A DNA stretch of 64,000 nucleotides from Maritalea sp. Lineage in GTDB: Bacteria; Pseudomonadota; Alphaproteobacteria; Rhizobiales; Devosiaceae. Every line of letters starts with the position of its first letter. Positions within the stretch are counted from its first letter, which is position 1. A program made the position numbers and the translations under genes. Below the pieces are notes generated by a model, which did not search any database, had not been told where the DNA came from, and worked only from the letters and a program-made list of their open reading frames with translations. Where the stretch lies: NCBI RefSeq assembly GCF_047634455.1, contig NZ_JBLIAI010000004.1, forward strand, positions 48,211 through 112,210. Reading direction: 5' to 3'. Positions 19,033 to 28,424 of the stretch are shown here, piece after piece.

Positions 19033-20415
19033 TCACGCCTTTTTCAAATGATATGATTTTGGTCGGGTCAGGTTGTGATAGCCGATCACGGACAGGCCAC
19101 CGCCCTTGCCGGTATTTTTGCATCCGGTCCAGCACAAGGCCGGGTCAAGATAATCTGCGCGGTTCATAAACACGGTGCCGGTTTCAATTTGATCGCCGAC
19201 GCACTGCGCCCGCGCTGTGTCCTTGGTCCAAAGCGAAGCAGTAAGACCGAACTCACTGTCGTTCATCAGTTGAACAGCTTCAGCATCGTCCTTGACCTTC
19301 ATGATCCCGACAACTGGGCCAAAGCTTTCGTCTCGCATTACCCGCATGGAATGATCAACATTGACCAAAATCTGTGGCATCAAATAAGCGCCGCCATCAT
19401 CTTGGGGGAACAATGAAGGGTCGATCAAAGCTTTGGCACCAGCGGCAATTGCTTCATTGGTTTGCGCCCGAACTTCATTGGCAAAGCGCACATGCGCCAT
19501 GGGGCCAATAGTGGTTTCTTTATCCAGTGGATTGCCCAGTTTATACCCCTCAACAATCTTCACAGCCTTTGCGACAAACTCGTCGAACAGGCTTTCAGCC
19601 ACATAGATGCGCTCGATGCCGCAACAACATTGGCCCGAGTTGAACATGGCGCCGTCGATCAGCGTTTCAACGGCAGCGTCTACATCCGCGTCGTCCATCA
19701 CATAGCCGGGGTCTTTGCCGCCTAATTCTGTGCCAACGCCGGTAAAGGTGCCCGCCGCTGCGCGCTCCATCGCCTGCCCGCCACCAACAGAGCCAGTGAA
19801 ATTGACAAAGCCAAACGCGCCTGAAGCAATCAAAGAAGATGTCGTGTCATGGTCCAAAAACACATTTTGGAACACGTCCGCCGGAATACCCGCCGCATGA
19901 AAGGCTTCAGCCATGCGCTCACCCACAAGCAGAGTTTGCGACGCGTGTTTAAGCAATACTGCATTGCCCGCAATCAGTGCAGGGGCAACTGTGTTAATCG
20001 CGGTCATATAGGGGTAGTTCCAAGGCGCAACCACCAACACGACGCCATGTGGCACGCGTTTGATATAGCGATTAAACGCATCACTGTCTTCAACTTCAAT
20101 TGGGGCAAGCGAGCTTGCAGCAATGTCCGCCATATGTGAGGCACGCTGATTAAAACCACCAAACTCACCACCATAACGCACCGGGCGACCCATCTGCCAC
20201 GCCAGTTCTTCAACGATCTGCTCGTTCATCTGGCCGACTTTTTCAACGCCAGCCCGCACCAAGGCAACACGCTCGTCCAACGGTCGTGCAGCCCATGCCA
20301 CTTGCGCCGATTTGGCGCGCTCAACTGCGGCTTTGGCATTCACTTCGCTTAGCGTTTCGCGCTCAGCATAAAGGGTGCCATCAATGGGCGAGATACATTT
20401 CACACTGTTTGTCAT
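19033..20415 (-). CDS. Aldehyde dehydrogenase
   Basis: APWNYP, FTGS, ELGGKDP, FNSGQCCC, ESFGPV. Confidence 0.93.
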   Translation of the reverse strand: MTNSVKCISPIDGTLYAERETLSEVNAKAAVERAKSAQVAWAARPLDERVALVRAGVEKVGQMNEQIVEELAWQMGRPVRYGGEFGGFNQRASHMADIAASSLAPIEVEDSDAFNRYIKRVPHGVVLVVAPWNYPYMTAINTVAPALIAGNAVLLKHASQTLLVGERMAEAFHAAGIPADVFQNVFLDHDTTSSLIASGAFGFVNFTGSVGGGQAMERAAAGTFTGVGTELGGKDPGYVMDDADVDAAVETLIDGAMFNSGQCCCGIERIYVAESLFDEFVAKAVKIVEGYKLGNPLDKETTIGPMAHVRFANEVRAQTNEAIAAGAKALIDPSLFPQDDGGAYLMPQILVNVDHSMRVMRDESFGPVVGIMKVKDDAEAVQLMNDSEFGLTASLWTKDTARAQCVGDQIETGTVFMNRADYLDPALCWTGCKNTGKGGGLSVIGYHNLTRPKSYHLKKA

Positions 20416-20417
20416 TT

Positions 20418-21782
20418 TTATGCTCTTTCAAATCCCCGGGCGATTTCATAATCGGTCACAACCCGGTCAAATTCTTCTTGTTCCCACTCGGCCGCATGCA
20501 CATAGTGGTCGACAACTTTGTCGCCAAACGCTTCGCGCAATAGATTAGATCCGCGCAGCGTTACCGCAGCGTCACGCAAAGTTTGTGGAATTTGACGGGC
20601 ATCTTTGTCGGCATAAATGTCCCCCGTGGTGGGCGGCGCCAGCTCCATCTTTTCTTCCATGCCTTTGATGCCTGCGGCCAATTGTACGGCCAGCGCCAGA
20701 TATGGATTAAGGTCAGACCCACCAATTCGGCATTCCACCCGCACCGCTTTGGTGCCATCCCCACAAAGCCTAAATCCAGCCGTGCGATTGTCCACCGACC
20801 AAACGGTTTTGGTGGGCGCAAACGTGCCTTTTTGGAAGCGCTTATAACTGTTGATATAGGGCGCTAAAAAGTAGGTATAGTCCGGCGCATAATGGATCAG
20901 ACCGGCCATATAATGGCGCATCAAATCGGTCATCCCCAGCTCGGCTTTGGGGTCAAAAAATACGTTTTTGCCGTCTTGCCACAAAGACTGATGCACGTGC
21001 GAAGAGCTACCAACGCGATCCTTATGCCATTTGGGCAAAAACGTCGCCGCACGGCCCTGCTGCCAAGCAATTTCTTTGGTCGCATGTTTGGCAATCGTGT
21101 GGTTATCCGCACAATCCAACGCACCCGCATAGCGGATGTTTAATTCTTCTTGACCCGCTTCTGCTTCCCCTTTGGAGTTCTCAATCGGGATACCCGCCGC
21201 ATAGAGGTGGTTGCGCAACGGGCGCATCACGTCCTCTTCCTTGGTGGTTTGCAAAATATTGTAATCTTCGTTGTAGCCGCTGATTGGCTCCAAATCACGA
21301 AAGCCAGATTTGCGCACCGCATCAAAGCTCTTTTCAAACAAAAAGAACTCCAATTCCGTTGCCATCATCGCGGTTAAACCCATCGCCGCCAAACGCGCGA
21401 TTTGCTTTTTCAGCATGGCGCGCGGCGAATGCGGGATTTCTTCATAAGTATGATGATCCAACACATCACACATCACCATCACCGTGCCTTCAAGCCACGG
21501 CACGGGCCGCAACGTTGAAAGGTCTGGCTTCATCACATAGTCGCCATAGCCAGACTGCCAGCTGGTTGACGCATAACCCTCAACCGTGTGCATTTCTAAA
21601 TCTGTTGCCAGCAGATAATTGCAGCAATGGGTTTCTTCCCAAGCACTGTCGACAAAGTGCTGCGCATGAAAACGCTTCCCCATCAGACGACCCTGCATGT
21701 CAGGAAAGGTCACCAAAACGGTGTCAATTTGGCCTGATTTCGTCAGGTCTTTCAATTCGTCCAATGTCAGATTACCTGGCAT
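20418..21782 (-). CDS. Glutamine synthetase-family gamma-glutamyl-amine ligase
   Basis: DMQGRLMGKR, ATELEFFLF, EAEAGQEELN, GSSSHVHQSL, DNRTAGFR, RVECRIGGSDLNPYL. Confidence 0.9.
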   Translation of the reverse strand: MPGNLTLDELKDLTKSGQIDTVLVTFPDMQGRLMGKRFHAQHFVDSAWEETHCCNYLLATDLEMHTVEGYASTSWQSGYGDYVMKPDLSTLRPVPWLEGTVMVMCDVLDHHTYEEIPHSPRAMLKKQIARLAAMGLTAMMATELEFFLFEKSFDAVRKSGFRDLEPISGYNEDYNILQTTKEEDVMRPLRNHLYAAGIPIENSKGEAEAGQEELNIRYAGALDCADNHTIAKHATKEIAWQQGRAATFLPKWHKDRVGSSSHVHQSLWQDGKNVFFDPKAELGMTDLMRHYMAGLIHYAPDYTYFLAPYINSYKRFQKGTFAPTKTVWSVDNRTAGFRLCGDGTKAVRVECRIGGSDLNPYLALAVQLAAGIKGMEEKMELAPPTTGDIYADKDARQIPQTLRDAAVTLRGSNLLREAFGDKVVDHYVHAAEWEQEEFDRVVTDYEIARGFERA

Positions 21783-21836
21783 GAATCTTCCTCTCAGATA
21801 AAAAGTGGGCCTGGTTTGATCAGCTTCTTCGTGCCA

Positions 21837-23537
21837 TCAACCAAATGCAGGACCCTGGCTTTCACTTTCATGTTCTTCAACATTTTCCACAAGACGTGTT
21901 TCAAGCAATTGACCATTACGATACAAGATTGGATAGGCAATTGATGAAATTCGTGAGTTCAAATCTTTGAGCGCCCGCAACGTCTCAAGATGAATATCAC
22001 TCGTGTCAAAACTCCGGGTACTGCCCTCTCGCAATCGCTTGAGGTGCCATTTTCGGCTATTTCGTTCCGCCGCAGCGACGCTAGATTTCTCTGCCATAAG
22101 AAGGCGAGCACTTTCAATATCTTCAGACACAACAACATTAAATGCCAATGCCATGTTCGCCAGAACACGATCATGAAGCGCGATCAATTCCTGTTGTCCT
22201 TCGGGCGAAAACTCTAACCTTTGTCGCCGTTTTGCCGAGGCTAGAACCATTAGGTTCTTCGAAACAACATCGCCCGCTGCTTCCAAATTGATCGCATATT
22301 CGCCCAAGTCCCGCACACGGCGCACAAGATCTTTAGACATGTTCTCCTGCGGCATATCGGCGACATATCGACGAATGCCATCCAGCGCCTTGTTCACATC
22401 ATGATCCATCGCCCGCACGGCTTTAATGGCAGTTTTGTCACCATTTTCGTATAAGTCCATGATCGGCATACTCATGGCCAACACGGTTTCACTCATGCGA
22501 AGGGTTTCGCGGGTCAAACTGGCAATCGCTAATGCAGGCTTATTCAAAACAGTAAGATCAAGCGCTGAAGGTGCTTTCAGCTGCCCCTCAGTGTCCATAG
22601 CGTTATTGTCGGGAAGCGCCGTGGCCATCAAATTGCCCAGAGGCTTTAGAAGCGGCAAAGACAGAATGAAAACCGTTAGATTGAATAAGACGTGCGTAAG
22701 AACCAAAACCTGTCCGTCCGGCAGCCCACGCATCCATGAAAGAACCGGAATATAGGTGACGAACAATAATGCCAAAACTGAACCTGTGCCGCGAAGCAAC
22801 AGGTTTGCATAAGGCAAACGGCGCGCAACAGGCGACATGCCGCGCGAAAGCCAGATCAGCAGAACAGAAGAGCCAAGATTTGCCCCAAGCACGACGGCGA
22901 GTCCAACTTGAGTTGAAAGAATGCCGATCGACACAAATGTTACGCACATTAAAATCGCAGCAACACTTGAATGCATGGCAAACGCAATAACCGCGCCAAC
23001 AATAAAGGCAACAATGAAATCACGCTCCAAATAGAATGAGACTGCCGGTAAAAACGAACTTTCGCGGATCGGATCAACTGACGCACTAATGAGGCGAAGC
23101 GCCAACAATATCAGAGCAATACCGAGCAAAACACGCCCAGCTTGTCGCACAGAGCGCGTTTCAGTTTTCAGGAATAAATAACCACCAACTGTCAGTAAAA
23201 CTGGAATTAGCCAATCGGGCCGGATACTCAACAACTGAATGACCAGGGCCGAGCCAATATCTGCGCCCAAAACTACGGCTAGGCCGCCAGAAAATGAGAT
23301 TAGCGCTGAAGCCAAAAAACCAGCAGTCAAAAGCGATGCAGCCGTAGCGCTTTGCAAAACCAGCGCAAGCATCACGCCAACCAAACCCATTCGAATATGG
23401 CTATTGCTGTGGGTGGTGATGATGCGCTTAAAATTCTGTCCAATAGAACGCTCGATGCCGGTTTGAACCATGCGAACAGCGAACAGCAGCAACATCGTCG
23501 CGCCGGACAGGTTAAGTAGAAAAATCAGAACGGCCAT
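21837..23537 (-). CDS. Na+/Pi cotransporter family protein with PhoU-like C-terminal domains
   Basis: Two repeats LQSATA / MHSSVA with LGADIG / LGANLG, followed by a helical PhoU-like tail. Confidence 0.85.
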   Translation of the reverse strand: MAVLIFLLNLSGATMLLLFAVRMVQTGIERSIGQNFKRIITTHSNSHIRMGLVGVMLALVLQSATAASLLTAGFLASALISFSGGLAVVLGADIGSALVIQLLSIRPDWLIPVLLTVGGYLFLKTETRSVRQAGRVLLGIALILLALRLISASVDPIRESSFLPAVSFYLERDFIVAFIVGAVIAFAMHSSVAAILMCVTFVSIGILSTQVGLAVVLGANLGSSVLLIWLSRGMSPVARRLPYANLLLRGTGSVLALLFVTYIPVLSWMRGLPDGQVLVLTHVLFNLTVFILSLPLLKPLGNLMATALPDNNAMDTEGQLKAPSALDLTVLNKPALAIASLTRETLRMSETVLAMSMPIMDLYENGDKTAIKAVRAMDHDVNKALDGIRRYVADMPQENMSKDLVRRVRDLGEYAINLEAAGDVVSKNLMVLASAKRRQRLEFSPEGQQELIALHDRVLANMALAFNVVVSEDIESARLLMAEKSSVAAAERNSRKWHLKRLREGSTRSFDTSDIHLETLRALKDLNSRISSIAYPILYRNGQLLETRLVENVEEHESESQGPAFG

Positions 23538-23594
23538 TTCCTGCTCCTGTCAGTTGGCGGTTGAATTTGCGATGCAAAGGAACTTAAAACTCAC

Positions 23595-23620
23595 ATGCGC
23601 CCCAAAAACCGGGGGCGCAT
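23595..23620 (-). other. Stem-loop after the TRAP SBP gene
   Basis: ATGCGCCCC-N8-GGGGCGCAT. Confidence 0.6.
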
Positions 23621-23663
23621 GGATTTATCGTTTGCACACCATCATCTGATGGTGTGCACTTGT

Positions 23664-24695
23664 TTAGCTGTATCGGTACGGGCGGCCAGCTTTTTGCATG
23701 TCCGCATTGTACTTTTTGAAGATGTTTACAACTTCAGCTTTGGTGTCAGATTCTGCAGCGATCTCATCCCAGAATTTATGAGCAGCATCTTCTACTGTTG
23801 CCCATTCTGCATCTGGAATTGTTGTCAGTTCCATCTTAGAACCATTAACCCGCAATGAAGCTTCTCCACCCCAGTACCACCACTGACGATAGTAATGAGA
23901 GCTGTCCATAGCGAACTGAAGCAATTCTTTAAGATGTTCTGGAAGCTCGTTGTAGCGATCCATATTGGCAAAGAACGAACCAGCCCACGCACCGGAGATA
24001 TTGTTGGTGAGGAAGTAGTTGGTCACATCAGCCCAGCCCACAGTATAGTCTTCTGTGATGCCTGACCAAGCGATACCGTCGAGTTCGCCAGTTTGAACTG
24101 CAACCTCAATATCTTCCCAAGGCAATGTTACAGGAACAACGCCGAATTGGGTCAAGAAACGACCCGCAGTTGGGAAGGTAAAGATGCGTTTACCTTTAAG
24201 ATCTGCAAGGCTGCGAATTGGATCTTTGGTTGCAAAGTGGCATGGGTCCCATGCGCCAGCTGACAAATGTTTGACGCCAACTTTTGAATACTCTCTGTCC
24301 CAAATCTCATTCAAACCATATTGGTTGAACAACACTGGCACGTCGAGCGAGTAGCGGCTGGCAAACGGAAAGTAGCCGCCAAAAACCGTAACTTCGGTCG
24401 GTGATGCCATTGAATCATCATCTGACTGCACAGCATCAATTGTGCCCTTTTGCATCGCCCGGAACAATTCGCCAGTTGGCACCAACTGATCGGCATAGAA
24501 CAGTTCGATTTCCATTTCATCGCCAGCAATTTTGTTAAAGCTGTCAATGGCCGGTTTAATCACATGTTCGCCCAAAGCCGAACCTGCATATGTTTGCATC
24601 CGCCAGCGGATTTTTGATTGGGCAAGTGCCGGTGTGGCGAGTGCCGCAGCCGGTGCAAGCGCTGCCCCGGTTAAAAACTTACGTCTAGTGGTCAT
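23664..24695 (-). CDS. dctP: Tat-exported TRAP solute-binding protein (ethanolamine-binding type inferred from context)
   Basis: MTTRRKFL Tat signal, WRMQTY, DLKGKRIF, QTGELDG. AGGAAA/GGAG RBS upstream of ATG 24695. Confidence 0.85.
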   Translation of the reverse strand: MTTRRKFLTGAALAPAAALATPALAQSKIRWRMQTYAGSALGEHVIKPAIDSFNKIAGDEMEIELFYADQLVPTGELFRAMQKGTIDAVQSDDDSMASPTEVTVFGGYFPFASRYSLDVPVLFNQYGLNEIWDREYSKVGVKHLSAGAWDPCHFATKDPIRSLADLKGKRIFTFPTAGRFLTQFGVVPVTLPWEDIEVAVQTGELDGIAWSGITEDYTVGWADVTNYFLTNNISGAWAGSFFANMDRYNELPEHLKELLQFAMDSSHYYRQWWYWGGEASLRVNGSKMELTTIPDAEWATVEDAAHKFWDEIAAESDTKAEVVNIFKKYNADMQKAGRPYRYS

Positions 24696-24754
24696 TTCCT
24701 TCTCCTTGTCTAAGCTTTGTTGTGTGCCCAATTGGCTTGGGTCTGGTTTTGAGA

Positions 24755-26077
24755 TTATTTTCCGTAGACTGTGTTGGGAAGCCAGAGCGCAATCTGAGGG
24801 AATAGAATGATCAATGTTAGCGCCAAGAGCATCACCAGAACGAATGGCAGAATAGAGCCGTAAATATCTTTCAAGGTGATTTCTGGTGGTGCCATCGCAC
24901 GCATCAAAAATAGGTTATAGCCAAATGGCGGGGTCATATAGGCGATCTGTGTGGTGATCGTATAAAGCACCCCGTACCAAATCAGATCAAATCCAAGCGC
25001 CCCAACCAAAGGCACATAAAGCGGAGCGACAATCACCAACATGGCGGTATCATCCAAAAATGTACCCATGAGCAAAAACGAAAGCTGCATCAAAATTAGG
25101 ATCAGCCACGGGTTCAACCCCAACTGCTCGGTAAACAAATTATCGATGGCACGCACCGCACCCAGCCCATCAAACACCGCACCAAATCCAAGGGCGGCCA
25201 AGATAATCCACATAAACATACATGAGATCAAAAGTGTCTGACGAACCGAAATTTCAAACACTTTGCGGTTCATGCGGCCTTTTAGAATAGCGGCGACAAA
25301 GGCTGTCATTGCACCAATGGCCGAGCTTTCAACAAGCGAAGTCCAGCCATTGATGAACGGCACCATCATCGCAGCAAAAATAGTCAGCGGCAAAAGTCCA
25401 GCGCCAAGCAGACGGATTTTTTCGCCCATCGGCACGTTGCGCTCTTCTTTGGGCAGCACCGGCCCGAGTTCAGGCTGAATTCTGCACCGGATATAGATGT
25501 ATAGGATAAACAACGCCGCCATCATGAGCCCCGGGAAAACCCCCGCCAACCACAGCTGGCCCACAGGTTGGCGCGCAATCATTGCGTAAAGCACCAGCAC
25601 CACAGAAGGGGGCACTAATATCCCCAGCGACGAGCCTGCTTGGATGACGCCTGTGACCATACGCTTGTCGTAACCACGACGCAGCAATTCTGGCAGCGCG
25701 ATGGTTGCGCCAATTGCCATGCCAGCCACCGACAAACCATTCATAGCTGACACGAGCACCATCAGCCCGATGGTGCCGATGGCCAAGCCACCATGCACAG
25801 GCCCCATCCACACATGGAACATCTTATAAAGATCGTCGGCGATCTTGCTTTCCGACAGGATATAACCCATGAAAATGAACATTGGCAGCGTCAAAAGCGG
25901 ATACCATTTCATCAGCTTCATAGCGGACGAAAACGGAATGTCAGACCCGCCAGTTCCCCACAGGAAAATAGCAGCAACAGCAGCCACAGCACCGATGGCA
26001 CCAAACACACGCTGTCCGGTAAACAACATCAGCATCATCGAGGCAAACATAAAGATAGCGATCAATTCATAAGACAT
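24755..26077 (-). CDS. dctM: TRAP large permease
   Basis: LTLPMFIFMG, GSSLGILVPPS, TPPFG, PQIALWLP. Confidence 0.92.
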   Translation of the reverse strand: MSYELIAIFMFASMMLMLFTGQRVFGAIGAVAAVAAIFLWGTGGSDIPFSSAMKLMKWYPLLTLPMFIFMGYILSESKIADDLYKMFHVWMGPVHGGLAIGTIGLMVLVSAMNGLSVAGMAIGATIALPELLRRGYDKRMVTGVIQAGSSLGILVPPSVVLVLYAMIARQPVGQLWLAGVFPGLMMAALFILYIYIRCRIQPELGPVLPKEERNVPMGEKIRLLGAGLLPLTIFAAMMVPFINGWTSLVESSAIGAMTAFVAAILKGRMNRKVFEISVRQTLLISCMFMWIILAALGFGAVFDGLGAVRAIDNLFTEQLGLNPWLILILMQLSFLLMGTFLDDTAMLVIVAPLYVPLVGALGFDLIWYGVLYTITTQIAYMTPPFGYNLFLMRAMAPPEITLKDIYGSILPFVLVMLLALTLIILFPQIALWLPNTVYGK

Positions 26078-26584
26078 TTACAGGTCCACCCCTTTGAGTG
26101 TGGCAATGTCTTTGAACAATTCAGAGATCGATTGCAGGAGCATCATGAAGATGCCGAAAAACATGACGACTTTTATGGGCCACAGATAGGGCCGCCAAGC
26201 CGTTGGGCTGCGTTCCCCATATTGAAATGAGTAACTGGTGCTGTCGTAGGCGCCATACAGCATCACCCCAAGATAGAAGATCAAGAACAGCACGGTTATC
26301 GCATCAATTTGTGCTTTTTTTCGAGCTGACCAGTCGCCATAGAACAGATCCATGCGCACGTGCGCACCTTGCTGCATCGAGTAAGGCCCGCCCAAAATGT
26401 AATAGGCAACCATTGCAAATTGCGCCAATTCCAGCGTCCAGAGCGAGGGCAGAAGAAATGTCTTTGAGATCGAAGACCATAACAGGATCGCCACCATCAC
26501 AAAGATAAAATACATCATGATCCGGCCCATCCGATAATTGACCGCATCCACTGTTCGAACAAATTTTCCTGCAAATGAAAGCAC
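26078..26584 (-). CDS. dctQ: TRAP small permease
   Basis: Four TM helices, HVRMDLFY motif. Confidence 0.9.
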   Translation of the reverse strand: MLSFAGKFVRTVDAVNYRMGRIMMYFIFVMVAILLWSSISKTFLLPSLWTLELAQFAMVAYYILGGPYSMQQGAHVRMDLFYGDWSARKKAQIDAITVLFLIFYLGVMLYGAYDSTSYSFQYGERSPTAWRPYLWPIKVVMFFGIFMMLLQSISELFKDIATLKGVDL

Positions 26585-27399
26585 TAGTTCCCCTCCGCGC
26601 CGCTGGTTGCACCAAGCATGGTAAGCGATCGAGTGAGCAACTCACAAAGCAGTTGCGCAATCTTGCACTGCTGATCCGCAGTGGCGACCAAGTCATTGCG
26701 CACCTCAATCATAACGTTGAGCAACCCGTTCGCAATGCCATGCTCTTTCAGCGTATATGTGACACCGTCTTCAGGTCCATAGGGGCTGTTGCGTTCAATC
26801 TTCATCGGTGAAAGATGTGGTGCTAGCGCCAGCATTGCGTCAGCCAATTTGCGATCTACGTCATGCAAAATACCGATATCAGTGTCGCGAATTTCACCCT
26901 GATAAACCGGCGTGAAGCTATGGATGGTCACAACGATGCGCGGCATTTTGCTCCATTTGATGGTTTTTTCAACCATTTCTGCAAACGGGGCAAAACACAA
27001 ATCAACGCGGTTTTGATAGTCAAGTGGTGATAGATTTTGGTTGCCAGGCACGTCAAAAATTTCACTGCGCACAGGTACGGCATCGACGGCTTGCGGTGGG
27101 CGATTGCAATCATAAACCAGCCGCGAAACGCAACCAACAATTGCCTGCGCATCAAGCATTTCACTTAGATGCTGCGTCACACCAAGCGCACCAGGGTCCC
27201 ACGCGATATGGCTTTTTTTAACGTCTTCGTTCAGCCCAAGAGAGCCAAACTCATCTGGAATAAAGTTTGAGGCATGCTCACAAATCAACAGAACAGACGA
27301 GGCACCGCTTTGGTTGAGCAACTCAACAGCGGCGAACTTTTCGCTCTGCATTTTTGACTGTTCTGTAGAAATATTCACAACCTCTCCCGTTTTGTACAT
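26584..27399 (-). CDS. N-formylglutamate amidohydrolase family protein (probable gamma-glutamyl hydrolase)
   Basis: CEHAS, HIAWDPGA, SRLVYDCNR, TIHSFTP, MIEVRNDL. The true start may be GTG 27378 or ATG 27351. Confidence 0.87.
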   Translation of the reverse strand: MYKTGEVVNISTEQSKMQSEKFAAVELLNQSGASSVLLICEHASNFIPDEFGSLGLNEDVKKSHIAWDPGALGVTQHLSEMLDAQAIVGCVSRLVYDCNRPPQAVDAVPVRSEIFDVPGNQNLSPLDYQNRVDLCFAPFAEMVEKTIKWSKMPRIVVTIHSFTPVYQGEIRDTDIGILHDVDRKLADAMLALAPHLSPMKIERNSPYGPEDGVTYTLKEHGIANGLLNVMIEVRNDLVATADQQCKIAQLLCELLTRSLTMLGATSGAEGN

Positions 27400-27452
27400 A
27401 TTTCTTCAGAATGGACCGACCTGTCAATATGATTTTTGAAACTTTTTCTTCA
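27364..27452. promoter_or_regulatory. Three 16-bp imperfect dyads, putative RpiR operators in the divergent region
   Basis: TGTAGAAATATTCACA (27364), TGTACATATTTCTTCA (27393), TGAAACTTTTTCTTCA (27437). Confidence 0.55.
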
Positions 27453-27499
27453 TATTTGTTCAAATTGTTGGTAAACCGAGATAAAGTGGAGACCAGACA

Positions 27500-28372
27500 T
27501 TGTCCGAAAACGCCAGCACCGTTGCGGAATTGCTGCAAAGCAATTTTGACAACCTCACACGCGCCGAGCGACAATTGTCGCACTCGATCATGGAAAATTA
27601 CCCTGTGTCTGGGCTCGGCTCGATCACAGCTGTAGCCCATGCTGCAAGTGTGTCGACACCAACTGTGGCCCGCATGGTGCAAAAAATCGGCTTTAAGGGT
27701 TTCCCTGATTTCCAAGCAGCATTGCGCAAGGAAGTTGAGGCAACAATTTCAGGCCCGATTGCCAAGCATGACACTTGGGCGGAGCATGCGCCAGACGGCC
27801 ATATCGTCAACCAATTCACTGATGCTGTAATCGACAATATCCGCAGATCACTTGGCCTATTGGACATCAACACATTTGAACAATCATGTGAATTGATGGC
27901 CGACACCAACCGCTCACTGTTTGTCGTGGGCGGCCGCATAACGCGCGCTTTGGCCGACTATTTCTTTTTGCACATGCAGGTGTTGCGCAAGGATGTAACT
28001 CACATCCAGTCCATCTCAAACGCATGGCCGCATTATCTTTTGGACATCAAGAAAGATGACGTCATCGTTATTTTTGACGTCCGTAGATATGAAAACTCGA
28101 CCCTTAAGCTCGCTGAAATGGCAGCTGAAGCCGGTGCCAAAATCATTCTGTTTACTGACCAATGGTTGTCGCCAATCAGCAAACTCGCCGACCATACGTT
28201 CAGTCTGAAAATCGTCGTGCCGTCGGCTTGGGATAGTTCGGTGACCACCATGTTGTTGGTCGAAACCATCATCGCTGATGTGCAACAACGCACGTGGCCC
28301 GAAACCCGTCAGCGCATGGAAGAGCTTGAAGTGATGTTTGACCGCACAAGGTTCTTTAGGAAATTCACTTAA
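27500..28372 (+). CDS. RpiR/MurR-family regulator (HTH + SIS)
   Basis: LTRAERQL, VSTPTVARMVQKIGFKGFPDFQ, SIS domain FDVRRY. TTG start after GGAG. Confidence 0.9.
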   Translation: MSENASTVAELLQSNFDNLTRAERQLSHSIMENYPVSGLGSITAVAHAASVSTPTVARMVQKIGFKGFPDFQAALRKEVEATISGPIAKHDTWAEHAPDGHIVNQFTDAVIDNIRRSLGLLDINTFEQSCELMADTNRSLFVVGGRITRALADYFFLHMQVLRKDVTHIQSISNAWPHYLLDIKKDDVIVIFDVRRYENSTLKLAEMAAEAGAKIILFTDQWLSPISKLADHTFSLKIVVPSAWDSSVTTMLLVETIIADVQQRTWPETRQRMEELEVMFDRTRFFRKFT

Positions 28373-28424
28373 AGGCCGCAACCAATAATTGCTCATGCTC
28401 CCGATCTATGGCACCACCTAACCT

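Noticed and set aside
20418-21782. Housekeeping glutamine synthetase glnA
   Set aside because: Divergent motifs and the catabolic context (ALDH, ADH, FGase, TRAP) indicate a gamma-glutamyl-amine ligase.
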